64,000 bases of DNA from Felis catus (GCF_018350175.1 NC_058372.1:133176001-133240000); one strand, 5' to 3'; numbered from the stretch's first letter, positions 47,576 to 59,355 are shown. The notes: generated by a model from the sequence alone, not told the origin. Program-made: numbers and translations.

Positions 47576-49149
47576 TATCCACCATCAAAACCCTAAACAT
47601 GCCCAGTGTCCTTCTCGTTACTTGAATAATGTGGATGCTCAAATGTACTACATTCTTCTTCCGCATCACGACAGATTTTGCCAAATAAGTATATTTAGAC
47701 TTTCAGAATACTCATCCCCTGTGCATTTTCAGCCTTGAGACATACATGGGACAGTGCCTGACTCTGCTTTTCATAGGGAGCTGGGGTGGGGTGGAGGGTG
47801 CTAGCTCAATGACTCTCCGGGGACTTAGTAATAAAAAAAAAAAAAGTGCTGCCATGGATAGAGTCTTGCTGATGGCGATATCCAAATCCAATCCCTCAAC
47901 TCTTAGAGAATCTCTACCGTAGTGACAGGAAAAGAAGTGTCCTTTATATAGGCACCTTGCACCTCACCTCCTACAGAGGTTCTGCCAGCCCGCTTTAGAG
48001 TCCTTTTGGGAGCCCAGAATTACTCATGGAGGGAATGATATTGCACCAGGAAAGTGCACCAGGGTGCAGGAAGTTGAAGGGGCTCGTGTACTTAAATCAG
48101 TGTTAATAAAGCTATTTGTCTTGTCCTGTGCGTGTGAATGATTATGTTTCCAGGGTAAAATAGAATAATTAGAAGTAAAAAGAGGCTGGAACATCTCCCT
48201 TATTTCATGAAATATCTGCGGTACTTTTCTAGAGATTGCTGTTACTACGAAATTTTAAAAGTGCACTGACATCCTGTAGGAATTAATTAAATAGTCGTTG
48301 CCTTTGCCTGAGATACAAACTTCGGATGTATCATCTGCTGCTGCAGGCTTGAAACTAATCAGGGCTGTGCCATGGATAAAGCAAATTGTAAGCCGTGATA
48401 GGTGGGGTGGTTTCTACAAATCCGGGTCAGAGCCCGTGGTGGCAAGTACTAAGGGAATGTTTGTTGCCTTATGGTGTAGGAATTTCGGAGTACCCATGTT
48501 GCTTGCCATGGGCAACCCGTCAGCTGAGCATTATAAATCCTTTCCCTATGCTGTTATTTACACGGGGGTATATGGGTTCAAATGAAATTGGAACCAATTT
48601 CATTGAAGTACGGCCCATCACGCCATACTTCAGGCTGGTTCCTGACCAAATCGCCAAAAGGACACAATGTGACTCAAAGAGACCAGGAAACCTAATCTCG
48701 AAAACTCTCGGTTGGTGCTCTCTGCCATCATAAGCCTTTTTCTCCCAGGGTAGCTGCTAAGAAGTCCAAGAGAGCTCTGATATCAAAGAGCAATGAGTCA
48801 TATTTAAACTCTGATACTTGCGTTTGGGGGTTGATACACAGCTGATCAGGAGCAGGAGACGTCTGGCGAAAGTCTTCCCCAGCGATCCCAGGCAGGTTAG
48901 TGCTGGCGCTCGATGCTCCTAGAGCACATCCCTGACTTCTCCAAAATAGCCCTTCCGACCCTGCGCCACAAGATATGTCTTGACGCATGTCTCCGGCCCA
49001 TCCCGTGAGCTCCATTGTGGCAGACCCGGGGCTCTCGCATCAGTGTTGACTCGGGGTTGGAACTGGTCCCTGCTCCACAGGGGTGATCTCCGAGAGTGTG
49101 CCAGGTGCTAGGCCCCCCCCACGCCGACTCACCTGCTATCCAACCAGCC

Positions 49150-49633
49150 TGTTATGGGTTGAATCAGGTCCCCAAAACTCCAGATGTTGAAGTCCTACTC
49201 CTGAGCGTCCTAAGATGAGAACCTATTTGGAAATAGGGTTATTGCGGACATAATTAGTTAAGTTAGGACGGAGTCATAGTAGAGTATTAGGGGATGGGCC
49301 TCCAATCTAATATGACTGGTATCCTTATGCAAAGGAGACGTTTGGGCACAGGCGCACAGACAGTGAGAATGCCGTGTCAACACGAAGGCTGAGATCAGGG
49401 TGTGATGCATCTACAAGCCAAGAATGCCAAAGAATGCCAGCAAACCCCTCGAAACTAGGAAGAAGCATGGAACAGATTTTTCCTCACAGCCTTCAGAAAA
49501 AAANNNNNNNNNNNNNNNNNNNNNNNNNNNNNNNNNNNNNNNNNNNNNNNNNNNNNNNNNNNNNNNNNNNNNNNNNNNNNNNNNNNNNNNNNNNNNNNNN
49601 NNNNNNNNNNNNNNNNNNNNNNNNNNNNNNNNN
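49150..49633 (+). mobile_element. MLT1-family solo LTR (3' part in gap 49504-49633)
   Basis: tgttatgggttgaat..gtccccaaaa..atgttgaagtcct..tatttggaaatagggt..caagccaagaatgccaa. Left flank cagcc recurs as agcc right after the gap. Confidence 0.9.
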
Positions 49634-50179
49634 AGCCTAGAAAAAGAAGGGAGTGACAAGGTTGATTATTATCAGTTCATGAGAACAGAAATGACAGCTT
49701 TCTAACAGGAAAATTAATCATTTTTAGATTATTCACTTTATAGCCTTCTGATTCTTAAACTTGTAATTGCCATATGTGGTAATAGAAAGTGGAGCGAGAG
49801 AAGGTCTGATGGAAATGTGTTCTTAAATGAGGGATGTATATTACACTGATGGATGCTTGATGGATATATTTGAGAGAATGAGGCCCTATTACAGTAAAAC
49901 AGGCTCAGAGCTCTACATAATCTAAACATATTGGTACCAAGGGCCCAATACATAAAGCTTCTGCTTTGATATTAAACTGATGCATGTGTTAAAAAGATAC
50001 TAAAGACAAATGTGCCCAAATAATCATAGACCAGATTTCTGTTAGTAAAGAGGAGACACAGGAACTCACACATTTTGCTTCTGCATGACTATGACCAGAA
50101 TCGTCTATGGAATATCAATAATCCTGAAAGGCGAAATTGACAGTGAAATACCGTGTTCTGGAGGCTCAGGGGAGAGGAC

Positions 50180-50405
50180 TGACAGAGCACAATTTTTTTG
50201 TGTCAGATAAAGCTGGGTCCTATTCTTGATTCTACTATCTCATAGTCATATGACCTTCCACAAGTCATTTAACCCTCTAAGACTCCGTTTCATTACCTGG
50301 AAAACAGGGAAAATAATATAGCCCTCCGAGAACCGACCTGAGGGTCAAAGGAGATAATATCGGTGGCCTGATCAGCAAAATGCCTGCCATGTGCTTAATA
50401 GTGAT
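50180..50405 (+). mobile_element. MIR
   Basis: tgaccttccacaagtcatttaaccctctaagactccgtttcattacctggaaaacagggaaaataata core. Confidence 0.8.
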
Positions 50406-50727
50406 GTTTAATAAGTTGTAACTGCAAATTTTGCATTCTTGTCATGACCGCATACAACCGTTCTGCAGTCAGATGCAAACCATTGTGGCAGTTCCAGACC
50501 AGGCGGTCCGTTTATTGGAGTCTAACTGGTAAGGACCCCCGTGAAGCGTAGCGGGATCATTGAAGTTCATCTTTCCCTTTTTCTTTTCCTCCTCCTTTTC
50601 TTAACCACAGGGTATACCCAGATCGTGAGCTAGAGCCCAAGAGTATACTGGCAGAGCGTATACTTGGCTTTGAATAAGGCCTGATTAAAGCTCATACACG
50701 TGAAACTCTGTCAGAAAAAACCTTCCA

Positions 50728-50942
50728 GGGCGCCTGGGTGGCTGAGTCGGTTAAGCGTCTGACTTCAGCTCAGGTCAGGATCTCACAGCCTGTGAGTTCA
50801 AGCCCCGCGTTGGGCTCTGTGCTGACAGCTCAGAGGCTGGAACTTGCTTTGAATTCTGTGTCTCCCACTCTCTCTGCCCCTCCCCACTTCATGCTCGTTC
50901 TCTCTCTCTCAAAAATAAATAAAAACATTTAAAATAATAAAA
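50728..50942 (+). mobile_element. CanSINE
   Basis: TSD aaaaaaccttcc. Confidence 0.95.
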
Positions 50943-51889
50943 AAAAACCTTCCCATTATAAAGGACAGATTAAAAATAAAACAGTCTCTGTGATCAGGGA
51001 AAGATGATTAAGAGATCGAGTCTGAGAAATTGAAACAGTACAGTAGGCTCTCCTTAACTTCAAGGCAGCCTGTCTTTAACTCGCCGAAATAGGGGCCATG
51101 CTTTTAATCTTGATTGCAGTCCATGTAGCCTTTGTGGGTAGCGTCTGAAGGAGGTGGGCCATGAGACCTGGAAATACAAAGCAGGGAAAAGGCCACGAGG
51201 AGCAAAGTAGGTTTCCTGACCGTCTTCAATGCATCCCTGGGGAGACTTTTTCTGCAAGGAAAATAATTGTGCTCCATTTTGATTCCCAGCTAGCAAGCTG
51301 GATATTATACCTGGTAGTCTGGGGGTTAAAATAATGACTTTGTTGAGAACGAACTGTCCAACCAACTCATTGGATGTCAAGGCACCTGCCTTCAGCATCC
51401 GGAAGTCCCATTCTTCCGGCCCCTTGGTACTTGAACTCCGTAAGTTCAGCACTGCCATGTGTTTTCCTGAAAAGAGGTTAATATTTTCTGATTTGAATTT
51501 AGTGAATTACTCCAGGTGACATTCGTCCATCCCCTCCCGCCGACCTTCTCTACCTCCATGTTGCCTGTTGTAATTACTCATTAATCAGCTGTGAGTTTGC
51601 CAATAGGAAAACTCATCCACAGGGCTATGAACTTTATGGGATTAGGACAAATTAGGCCGGTGACGTGCAGTGACAGGCTCAGGTTGTGTGACATGCCCGG
51701 AATGCACAATTTGGTGGGCGGGAGGACATCCTCTAGCAGAAGGGCTCCAGCAAAGCTGTTGATGGAAAAATGTCCATTTGTCTTGTACAGAGAGAAGGTG
51801 ACCTCTTAGAAGCTTAACTCGTAGGTAAAACACAATTTGGATAGCTTTTACATTTAGGCCTCCACAACCAAAGAAATAGACACAATTTA

Positions 51890-52005
51890 AGAGGTAGATG
51901 AGACCTTATAATCTAAGTCCCTACTTTTGTGGATGAATAAACTGAAATCCACACTGGGAAAGACGCTATGTATAAAGTCACAGAGGACTCAAACCCAAGC
52001 CTCCC
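51890..52005 (-). mobile_element. MIR fragment
   Basis: tacttttgtggatgaataaactgaaatcc...aaagtcacag...actcaaacccaag. Confidence 0.55.
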
Positions 52006-52463
52006 CCTTCTTAACTTAGGAAATCGATCCAGGTATAGGAAATACATCGTTTGAAATACAGTGTGTCTAGATTCCAGTGTTGCCTTGCAGATAAGTTATT
52101 TATCCACTCACCCAGTGAGAAAGGCCATCCTTGCCACAGGAGGAACAGACCTAGCGGGCTCCACCTTAGCCTCTCCCTTCCCTTTTCTGGAACAGGCACT
52201 TGCTCAGTGCCCAAGAGCTTTAAAGTTCTCTGTTCCCCTAAACAAGGACTTCAGACTATTTTCACAAGCTGGGATCTGAGCTGTCAATCATCCCCAGCAG
52301 CGAGCACACCCTGAGGGGGACACTATAGACTTCTAGAAAACCTGCCGGGTGTTGTTTCTCTCTTTTAACAGCAAGCGGTAATTTGATTGAAATGGACAGA
52401 GAGAAAGGAAATTCAAATGACACAGTCGGGTGACACAAAGAAAGGGCTCCACTGATAAGCCAC

Positions 52464-52756
52464 TTAGTTTGGGCTGCTAAAACATAGTACCATAGACTGG
52501 CTGGCTTAAATTTTCTTTTTGAGACATTTGTTTCTCTCAGTTCTGGAGCCTGGAAATCTGAGATCAGGGTGCCAGCAAGGTCGGGCTCCTAGTTGAGGGC
52601 CCCCTTCCTGATTTACAGATGACCAGCTTCTTCTTGTATCCTCGTGTGGTAGAGAGCAAAGTCATCCCCAAGTCACCACCTCTAAACACCATCACCTGGG
52701 TGGCTAGAATATCAACACATGAATTTGAGGGGGACACAAACATGCAGTCTGTGACA
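52464..52756 (-). mobile_element. MLT1A-like LTR (internally deleted)
   Basis: ttagtttgggctgctaaaacatagtaccatagactggctggcttaaa...aacacatgaatttgagggggacacaaacatgcagtctgtgaca. Confidence 0.85.
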
Positions 52757-52817
52757 GCAACTTACAGGCAACACTGTGTAACCTTCCTTGGAGACCTTCA
52801 AAAATTGGAGTGCCTGA

Positions 52818-53072
52818 GGGGCACCTGGGTGGCTCAGTCGGTCGAGCGTCCGACTTCGGCTCAGGTTATGATCTCACGGTTCATGAGTTCGAGCCCCGCG
52901 TCCGGCTCTGTGCTGACAGCTCGGGGCTCTCGGAGCTCAGAGCCTGCCTCAGATTCTGTGTCTTCCTCTCTCTCTGCCCCTCCCCTACTCATGCTCTGTC
53001 CCTGTCTCTGTCTCTCTCTCTCTCAAAAACAATAAACATCAAAAAAAATTTGTTTTAAAAAAAACTAGGAAA
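52818..53072 (+). mobile_element. CanSINE inserted into the head of the next SINE
   Basis: Left flank aaaaattggagtgcctg duplicates aaaaattggggcgcctg at 53074-53090. Confidence 0.93.
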
Positions 53073-53078
53073 AAAAAT

Positions 53079-53283
53079 TGGGGCGCCTGGGTGGCTCAGT
53101 CGGCTGAGCGTCTGACATCAGCTTGGGTCATGATTTCACAGCTTGTGGGTTCAAGCCCCACGTGGGGCTCTGTGCTGACAGCTTGAAGCCTGGAGCCTGC
53201 TTCGGATTCTGTCTCCAGTTGCTCTCTGCCCCTCCCCTGCTCGCTCTCTCTCTCTCAAAAAGTGAATAAACATTGAAACAAAA
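53079..53283 (+). mobile_element. CanSINE
   Basis: Full structure. Confidence 0.93.
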
Positions 53284-53420
53284 TAGTTTCTCACTAGTAC
53301 TTCTTTGTCTTGGTTATGAAAGTGAAGTCCGACCTGGAGTCACAGGATGGAACCGATGAATCCTTTAAGTTCCCACCAAACTTGAGACTGACTCTCCTTC
53401 ATGTTAAAGAGTAAGGTTGT

Positions 53421-53633
53421 GGGGCGCGTGGGTGGCTCAGTCGGTTAAGCGTCCGACTTCAGCTCAGGTCACGATCTCACGGTCCGGGAGTTCGAGCCCC
53501 GCATCGGGCTCTGGGCTGATGGCTCAGAACCTGGAGCCTGTTTCCGATTCTGTGTCTCCCTCTCTCTCTGCCCCTCCCCCGTTCATGCTCTGTCTCTCTC
53601 TGTCCCAAAAATAAATAAACGTTAAAAAAAAAA
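53421..53633 (+). mobile_element. CanSINE, young felid subfamily
   Basis: Perfect TSD ttaaagagtaaggttgt. Confidence 0.97.
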
Positions 53634-53823
53634 TTAAAGAGTAAGGTTGTTAGGGGGACCAGTGGTTTCTCAGGGCCATCAGTAGCTGTGGAGGCAGGCA
53701 TGGGACCAAGGCACTGTGGCTGGAGAGCAACATGGCCACCCCGGCACCCTCCTTGACATTCCTCTTTATCTGGAATGTCCCCCTGCCAGTTTCAGACTTC
53801 TCAGAGGTAGGAGCAGTAATTCC

Positions 53824-54040
53824 TTTAAAAAAAATTTTTTTTATGTTTATTTCTGAGACGGAGAGAGACAGAGCATGAGTGGGGGAGGGGCAGAGAGAGA
53901 GGGAGACACAGAATCCGAAGCAGGCTCCGGGCTCCGACCGGTCAGCCCAGAGCCCGACGCGGGGCTCGAACTCGCCAGCCGTGAGATCGTGACCCAGGCC
54001 GAAGTCGGTCACTCAACCAACTGAGCCACTCAGGTGCCCC
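53824..54040 (-). mobile_element. CanSINE
   Basis: TSD gtaggagcagtaattcct/gtaggagcaataattcct. Confidence 0.95.
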
Positions 54041-54837
54041 TGTAGGAGCAATAATTCCTAAATAAATTTACTGGAAGCACAAAATCAACAACGTACGTGT
54101 GTATGCTTAGGCCCCCTCTGTCCTCTGTATGAGCACAGCAGTCCATCAGCAGCCCTGTCACTGGATGTCTGCTCATTACGTTCTGCGACATAGAATCACT
54201 TATCTACATGCGTGTCTCCTAGGAGACAGGATAGCCTTTGAGGCTAGAAACGATATGAAAATAGTTCACGGATCTCAACCTGCCGTCCTTGGTGTGAATT
54301 CTCTTCATCTGGAAAAGAAATTCAGTTTTAATATTTTGGGGATATGACTGAAATTTTAAAATCTCCTCTTGTACATTTTGATTGTAATTATTTATTAGAA
54401 TGCCACCCCGCCGGACCGTTGCCCAAGATGTCACCGAATTGTTTTGGCGGGGGGAGGGGGGGCGGTTGTGACATTTACAAGTGGCAGAGGTAGTCACCAG
54501 GATGGCGAAGGACCTAGGAACCCTCTTGTTTGTTCATGTTAGGTCTGCATCCTGGAGTGGCAACGTTCCACCCGCTGTGGGGGCCACACGGCAGCATGAA
54601 AACTGTCCCAGCCGGCAGCTCACATGGCCCAGGCTGGCTGGCAACTGGCTCTTTCTGTGCACGGCCTTGAACTTATGGGGGCCCTGAGCGTGAGCACCTT
54701 TCTCACATTTTGCGCCAGGCGGGCGTTTCACTAGGCATGTCACCCCGGTCTCAGCCCTGACCCGTGCGACTTCCAGTTAACGTTGAGTCTTCTGTCCCTA
54801 CCTGGTACTGCATCTCGGCTCCGACTTGTCATCTACG

Positions 54838-55015
54838 GCCGTGGTCCTCCCAGTGTGGCCCTGCACGAGCAACCAGCACCACCGGGGAACCTGTTAGGCG
54901 TGCGGGTTCTCAGGGTTCAGTTCAGACCCACCGAACCGAAAACTCTGGGGAGACCAGACCTATCCGTGTTGCCCTTCAGTCGACTCTGATGTAAGCTTAG
55001 GTTTGGAAACCACGA
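54838..55015. mobile_element. MER5A-like DNA transposon fossil
   Basis: gtggtcctcccagtgtggccctgc..agcaccaccggggaacctgttag..gggttctcaggg..cagaccc..gactctgatgt..aggtttggaaaccac. Confidence 0.75.
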
Positions 55016-55135
55016 GTCTGGAGATGGGGGAGGCGGGTACTGATTCTTTGAACAGTTTGTCCAGTTTTCTGGAAACGAATCTCCTGGAGTTGCTGCCGCA
55101 CGCACACCCTCAAATATTCCACAAACAGTAGCCTG

Positions 55136-55266
55136 GGGGGCACCTGGCGGGGCTCAGTCAATTAAGCATCTGACTTTGGCTCGGGTCATAATCTCATGGT
55201 TGGTGAGTTCAAGCCCCGTATCAGGTGAGCTGGAGCCCTGCTTCAGGCTCCACAATGACAGTGCAG

Positions 55267-55343
<77 letters not shown>
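55136..55343 (+). mobile_element. CanSINE ending in a compound (CT)n(CA)n microsatellite
   Basis: Head gggggcacctggcggggctcagtc. Microsatellite at ~55269-55343. Confidence 0.9.
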
Positions 55344-55346
<3 letters not shown>

Positions 55347-55479
55347 CCAGCCTGCAAATAGCTGGTAACAATGCCCCCTCCCCAGGCCTAGTCCACGTTT
55401 CTGGAATATTACAACCCATCACCAGCATCCTATATCCGGGAGGGAGGCCCAAATATATAAAGAATGATGAGAAAAACCA

Positions 55480-55840
55480 AGGGAGTTTAGACTGAAAAAG
55501 GAGAAGATTAAGGATGGACATGACTCAGATATTTTAAGGACCATGATGTGGAGGACTTATAATTATTCTTTATTTATAGGTTAGAAGAAGCAGGGCCAAT
55601 AAATAGGAGTTATAGGAACCCAGATTTGTACCAGATGATAAGAAAGAACATTGTGATATTCACATGGTTTACATACAGGATGGGAGGCCTGTAGGGGTAA
55701 GGGGTTCTTCATCACTGCGCATGTCCAGGCAAAGGCCATAGGGCTCTTATCAAGAATATGCTAGAACAACTTCCTGATAAGGCAAGGATTGGTTGCCCTT
55801 GATTACCTTAAGGTTTCATCTGATGTTCTGCAATCTTAGC
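55480..55840 (+). mobile_element. L3/CR1 LINE 3' fragment
   Basis: gtttagactgaaaaaggagaagattaagg.tggacatga; cagatttg...ataagaaagaac; catcactg..catgtccaggcaaagg. Confidence 0.7.
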
Positions 55841-56068
55841 ACCTTATAGATAATAGACATACAGGAAGGAAGGAAAGGAGGGAGGGCAGAAGGGATAGTG
55901 AGAACACTCCCCAAATTATTTCTATCACGATTAGCATATTTGTTTTTCACTTGTATTGACTATGTAACATCAAGTTTACCTTCCTACAATGTGTTGTGTT
56001 GCTATAAGTTTACTTCTTAGAGTTAATGTGCATCTATGAGCACATGCAAACTCAGATGGGGAGAAAGA

Positions 56069-56260
56069 GGGCACCTGGGTGGTTTAGTCATTTGGGCGTC
56101 CAACTTTGGCTCAGGTCATGATCTCATGGTTCATGAGTTTGAGCTCCACATCAAACTATCAATGCAGAACCTGCTTTGGATCCTCTTTCCCCCTCTCTCT
56201 ACCCCTTCCCCGCTTGCATTCTCTCGAAAATAAAAAAAATTAAACATTAAAAAAAAAAAA
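56069..56260 (+). mobile_element. CanSINE (older)
   Basis: TSD agatggggagaaa/agctagggagaaa. Confidence 0.9.
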
Positions 56261-57449
56261 AGCTAGGGAGAAACAAAGCAGTGAGTCATTGATTTATACA
56301 ATATGTGCAAATGTGTCCCGTCACCAGGTGCTGGCAGAGTAGGTGTTGGGGGTGCAGGAAAGAATTAAGTCGTGGTTTCTGCACCGAGCTGCTCAAGCTG
56401 GTTTGGGACCGACCAGGTAGATAGATCCCTACAAAGGCTCCAAATGGTTGAGACCTAAGGTGTGATGGTTAATATCAAGGCAGAAAATCAAATTTCACTA
56501 ACCAGAGGCTCATTTTCTTCTTCTCACTTTTCAAAAATTACTTTAGCCCTTGCTTCCTTCCTTTATGGATTTCTTTCTTTTCCTTACCTCCCCTGCCTCC
56601 AGTAATCTTATGGCCCTGTGTCTTGCTAACCCCCTTCACACTGTAGAAAACATTGTTTTCAACTGCTAAACTAAGATTTTTAAAATAAGGAAAGGTAGGT
56701 TTCAAAAAAGGAAATAGAAAATTGGACAGAGCCTTTTTAGTGTTGGTTTCAAGGAACAGTTCATATTTTTATCACTAGCGAGCTGAGAAAGATAACTGGT
56801 GGTCTCCAAAAGCTGTCATCTGTCTTCAGATTATCTCCCCGGTCCCTGACACATGAGCGAATCCAGACTCTCAGGAAAAGTGTTGTATAGATTTTTAGGA
56901 AGTTTGGAAATCACATTCAGATTCACATGCATCGAACAGACTGTAAATTCTGCTGATCTGGAGGCACATCCCTGTCCCTCCCACCCTCCGGTCCACCCTT
57001 CTGGGTATCAGCTGGCACCGTATGGTGGTGTTGTCCCTGCGATTAGGCTGGGTGTCTGATCCCACCCTGTGACAGGGCCAGAAATTACAGTTTGAATCAC
57101 TCCCTGATAACCATTGTTGGCTTCACTCACCTTTGTCTTTTTTGCCCCATGGTCGGGTCAGAAACGGGTGGGGAGAAAACCTGGCTCTGGGTTGCTTCCG
57201 CTCTTGAGATAACATTGGACTAAGGGCAGGGTCTTCACGAGGACTCAGCCTGTGCTTCCTCCAGGCTTTCCTTCCCGTGTGTGTCACTCCGTGAGGGCTC
57301 GGGAGTGGCCTAAGCCTCGTGCGGCACCACAGCAGGAAGCATGGGGCCCGGCTCCCAGGACGCAGCTCCCTGGTGCCATCTTTGTATGGAAAGAACCGCC
57401 TGTTTTGCACCTGTTCCAACGTCACGTTCAAAAGTCCGTCTGCCTCCTT

Positions 57450-57665
57450 GGGGCGCCCGGGTGGCTCCGTCGGTGAAGCGTCCGACTTCGGCTCAGGTCA
57501 TGATCTCACGGTTCCTGAGTTCGAGCCCCGCATCGGGCTCTGTGCTGACGGCTCGGAGCCCGGAGCCTGCTTCGGATTCTGTGTCTCCCTCTCTCTCTGC
57601 CCCTCCCCCGCTCGTGCTCTGTCTCTGTCTCAAAAATAAATAAACGTTAAAAAAAGAAAAATTAA
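57450..57665 (+). mobile_element. CanSINE (host of a nested younger SINE)
   Basis: TSD aaaagtccgtctgcctcct/aaaagtccttctgcctcct encloses both units. Confidence 0.96.
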
Positions 57666-57888
57666 GGGGCGCCTGGGTGGCCCAGTCGGTTAAGCGTCCG
57701 ACTTCAGCCAGGTCACGATCTCGCGGTCCGTGAGTTCGAGCCCCGCGTCAGGCTCTGGGCTGATGGCTCAGAGCCTGGAGCCTGTTTCTGATTCTGTGTC
57801 TCCCTCTCTCTCTGCCCCTCCCCCGTTCATGCTCTGTCTCTCTCTGTCCCAAAAATAAATAAACGTTGAAAAAAAAATTTAAAAAAAA
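57666..57888 (+). mobile_element. CanSINE, youngest felid subfamily, in the A-tail of the previous SINE
   Basis: cagccaggtcacgatctcgcggtccgtgag subfamily signature. Confidence 0.96.
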
Positions 57889-58439
57889 AAAAGTCCTTCT
57901 GCCTCCTCTAACGACGTTACACGTGCCGAACTCTGTGCTGATGAAGAAGGGAAATATCCATGGCAGTCATCATGCCATTATCTGTGCAGATCATGTATCC
58001 AAATATTCAGATTAATTTAAGCAATCCTGGTGTCCGTGATTTAAATGCTTCAGACTCTGCCAGGGTACCAATATGTTCAGAACTGAAACTGTATTCTTCT
58101 CAAAGCTGGCGTTGCCATTCTCTCCTTCCTCCCCATTGTCTTTCCGGCCTCACAAACTGTCGTCCTTTTCTCTTCCCTCTGTTTTCTGCCAACACCCCGT
58201 CCCCGCGTCCCTCCGTTCACTTTTCACTCAGGGGCCAGGTGCTGCTCTGCCTGCCTTGCGAATCTCGCTTGCATCCATTCCCCTGTCTCTATTATCCTAG
58301 CCAGGCCTGTGGGTTTTGGAGCTGAAAAGCGCCACCTGGTCCAACCTTTTGCTTTTCCTACGAGGAAAATGACCTAAAGAAATGAAGTTAATGGTCCTGG
58401 CTTTAGGATGATAGCTTGGATATGACCCGACTGCTGCCT

Positions 58440-58625
58440 CTCTCCAGAACTATCCACCGCTGCACAGTTTCTCTTCAGTTCCATTTCCATCCATCCTGCA
58501 CCCACCTTCCAGGCTATTCTTTCTAAAGCTCTGCCGGGAGGCTACTCCTCAGCTCAGAAACCTGCCGGGGTCGTCCACTGCCTCCCGAAGAAAATCCAAA
58601 CCGCAGCATCGCCCCCAATCTCTTG
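58440..58625 (+). mobile_element. L2 fragment
   Basis: tccatcctgcac..ccaggctattctttctaaagc..ctcagctcagaaacc..ccactgcc..aaaatccaaac. Confidence 0.6.
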
Positions 58626-58677
58626 CACATGGCATTCAGTCACCCAGGATTCAGAAATAAGCCAATTTGTTCATATA

Positions 58678-59029
58678 CAGTTAGCCCTTGAACAGCGTGG
58701 ATTTGAAAGCCTCCAGGTCTCCTTACCACAGATTTTTTTTTCAATAGATGCAGTAGAAAATTATCTGGAGATGTGCAGCAATTTGAAAAAAAAACCCAGA
58801 TGAAGCACTAATAGCCTAAAATGTTAGGGAAAAAATTCAGCAAAGGTAGGTATTATTGTCGTGAACGTGCAAAATATGTGTTAATTGCCTGTGTATGTTT
58901 TCGGTAAGGCTTCCCGCCGACGGCAGGCTGTTAGAACTTAAGTTTCGGGGGAGTCAAAAGTTACGTATGGATTTTTGACTGCACAGGGGTCAGCACCCCC
59001 AACACCCCACATCGTTCAAGGGTAAACTG
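58678..59029. mobile_element. Tigger2-derived MITE (Tigger2a-like, TcMar)
   Basis: TIRs CAGTTAGCCCTTGAAC.../...GTTCAAGGGTAAACTG with a TA target duplication on both sides. Confidence 0.9.
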
Positions 59030-59355
59030 TATTTTCAAGTTATTAGCCAGTATACTGAGAACGCTATAATTGCCCCAAGCCAGACGTTAATTTTTTCGTC
59101 TTCTTTTGTCATATACAATTATATTATCTTTGTTATGAGACACAGCTTAACTGTTATGATAAGCCATGTAACTGTCGCCCACTTGAAAGCGTTTTGAATT
59201 AATTACATGTTACTTTTCATTTGACACAAAAATATAAGACAATATAAAAATCAAATAAACAAAATTTTCTTCCAGAGCAAGTCTGAATCCCCTTTCTCCC
59301 CCCAGCCCCATTCACACACAAAAGATTCAAATGATCATAGACTCATCAAACATTT

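Noticed and set aside
11117-49633. Hidden content in the seven N-gaps
   Set aside because: It cannot be read. Several gaps abut SINE, LTR, L1 or purine repeats and most likely hide repeat sequence.
50637-50667. Small hairpin ccaag(ag)tatac...gtatacttgg as a possible ncRNA
   Set aside because: The stem is too short for a pre-miRNA and is expected by chance.
57124-57155. Minus-strand accATGG...AAG|GTGAGT candidate first exon (MGQKRQ)
   Set aside because: Consensus donors also occur at ~817, ~15702 and ~49127 and on the plus strand, consistent with chance. There is no promoter or downstream exon support.
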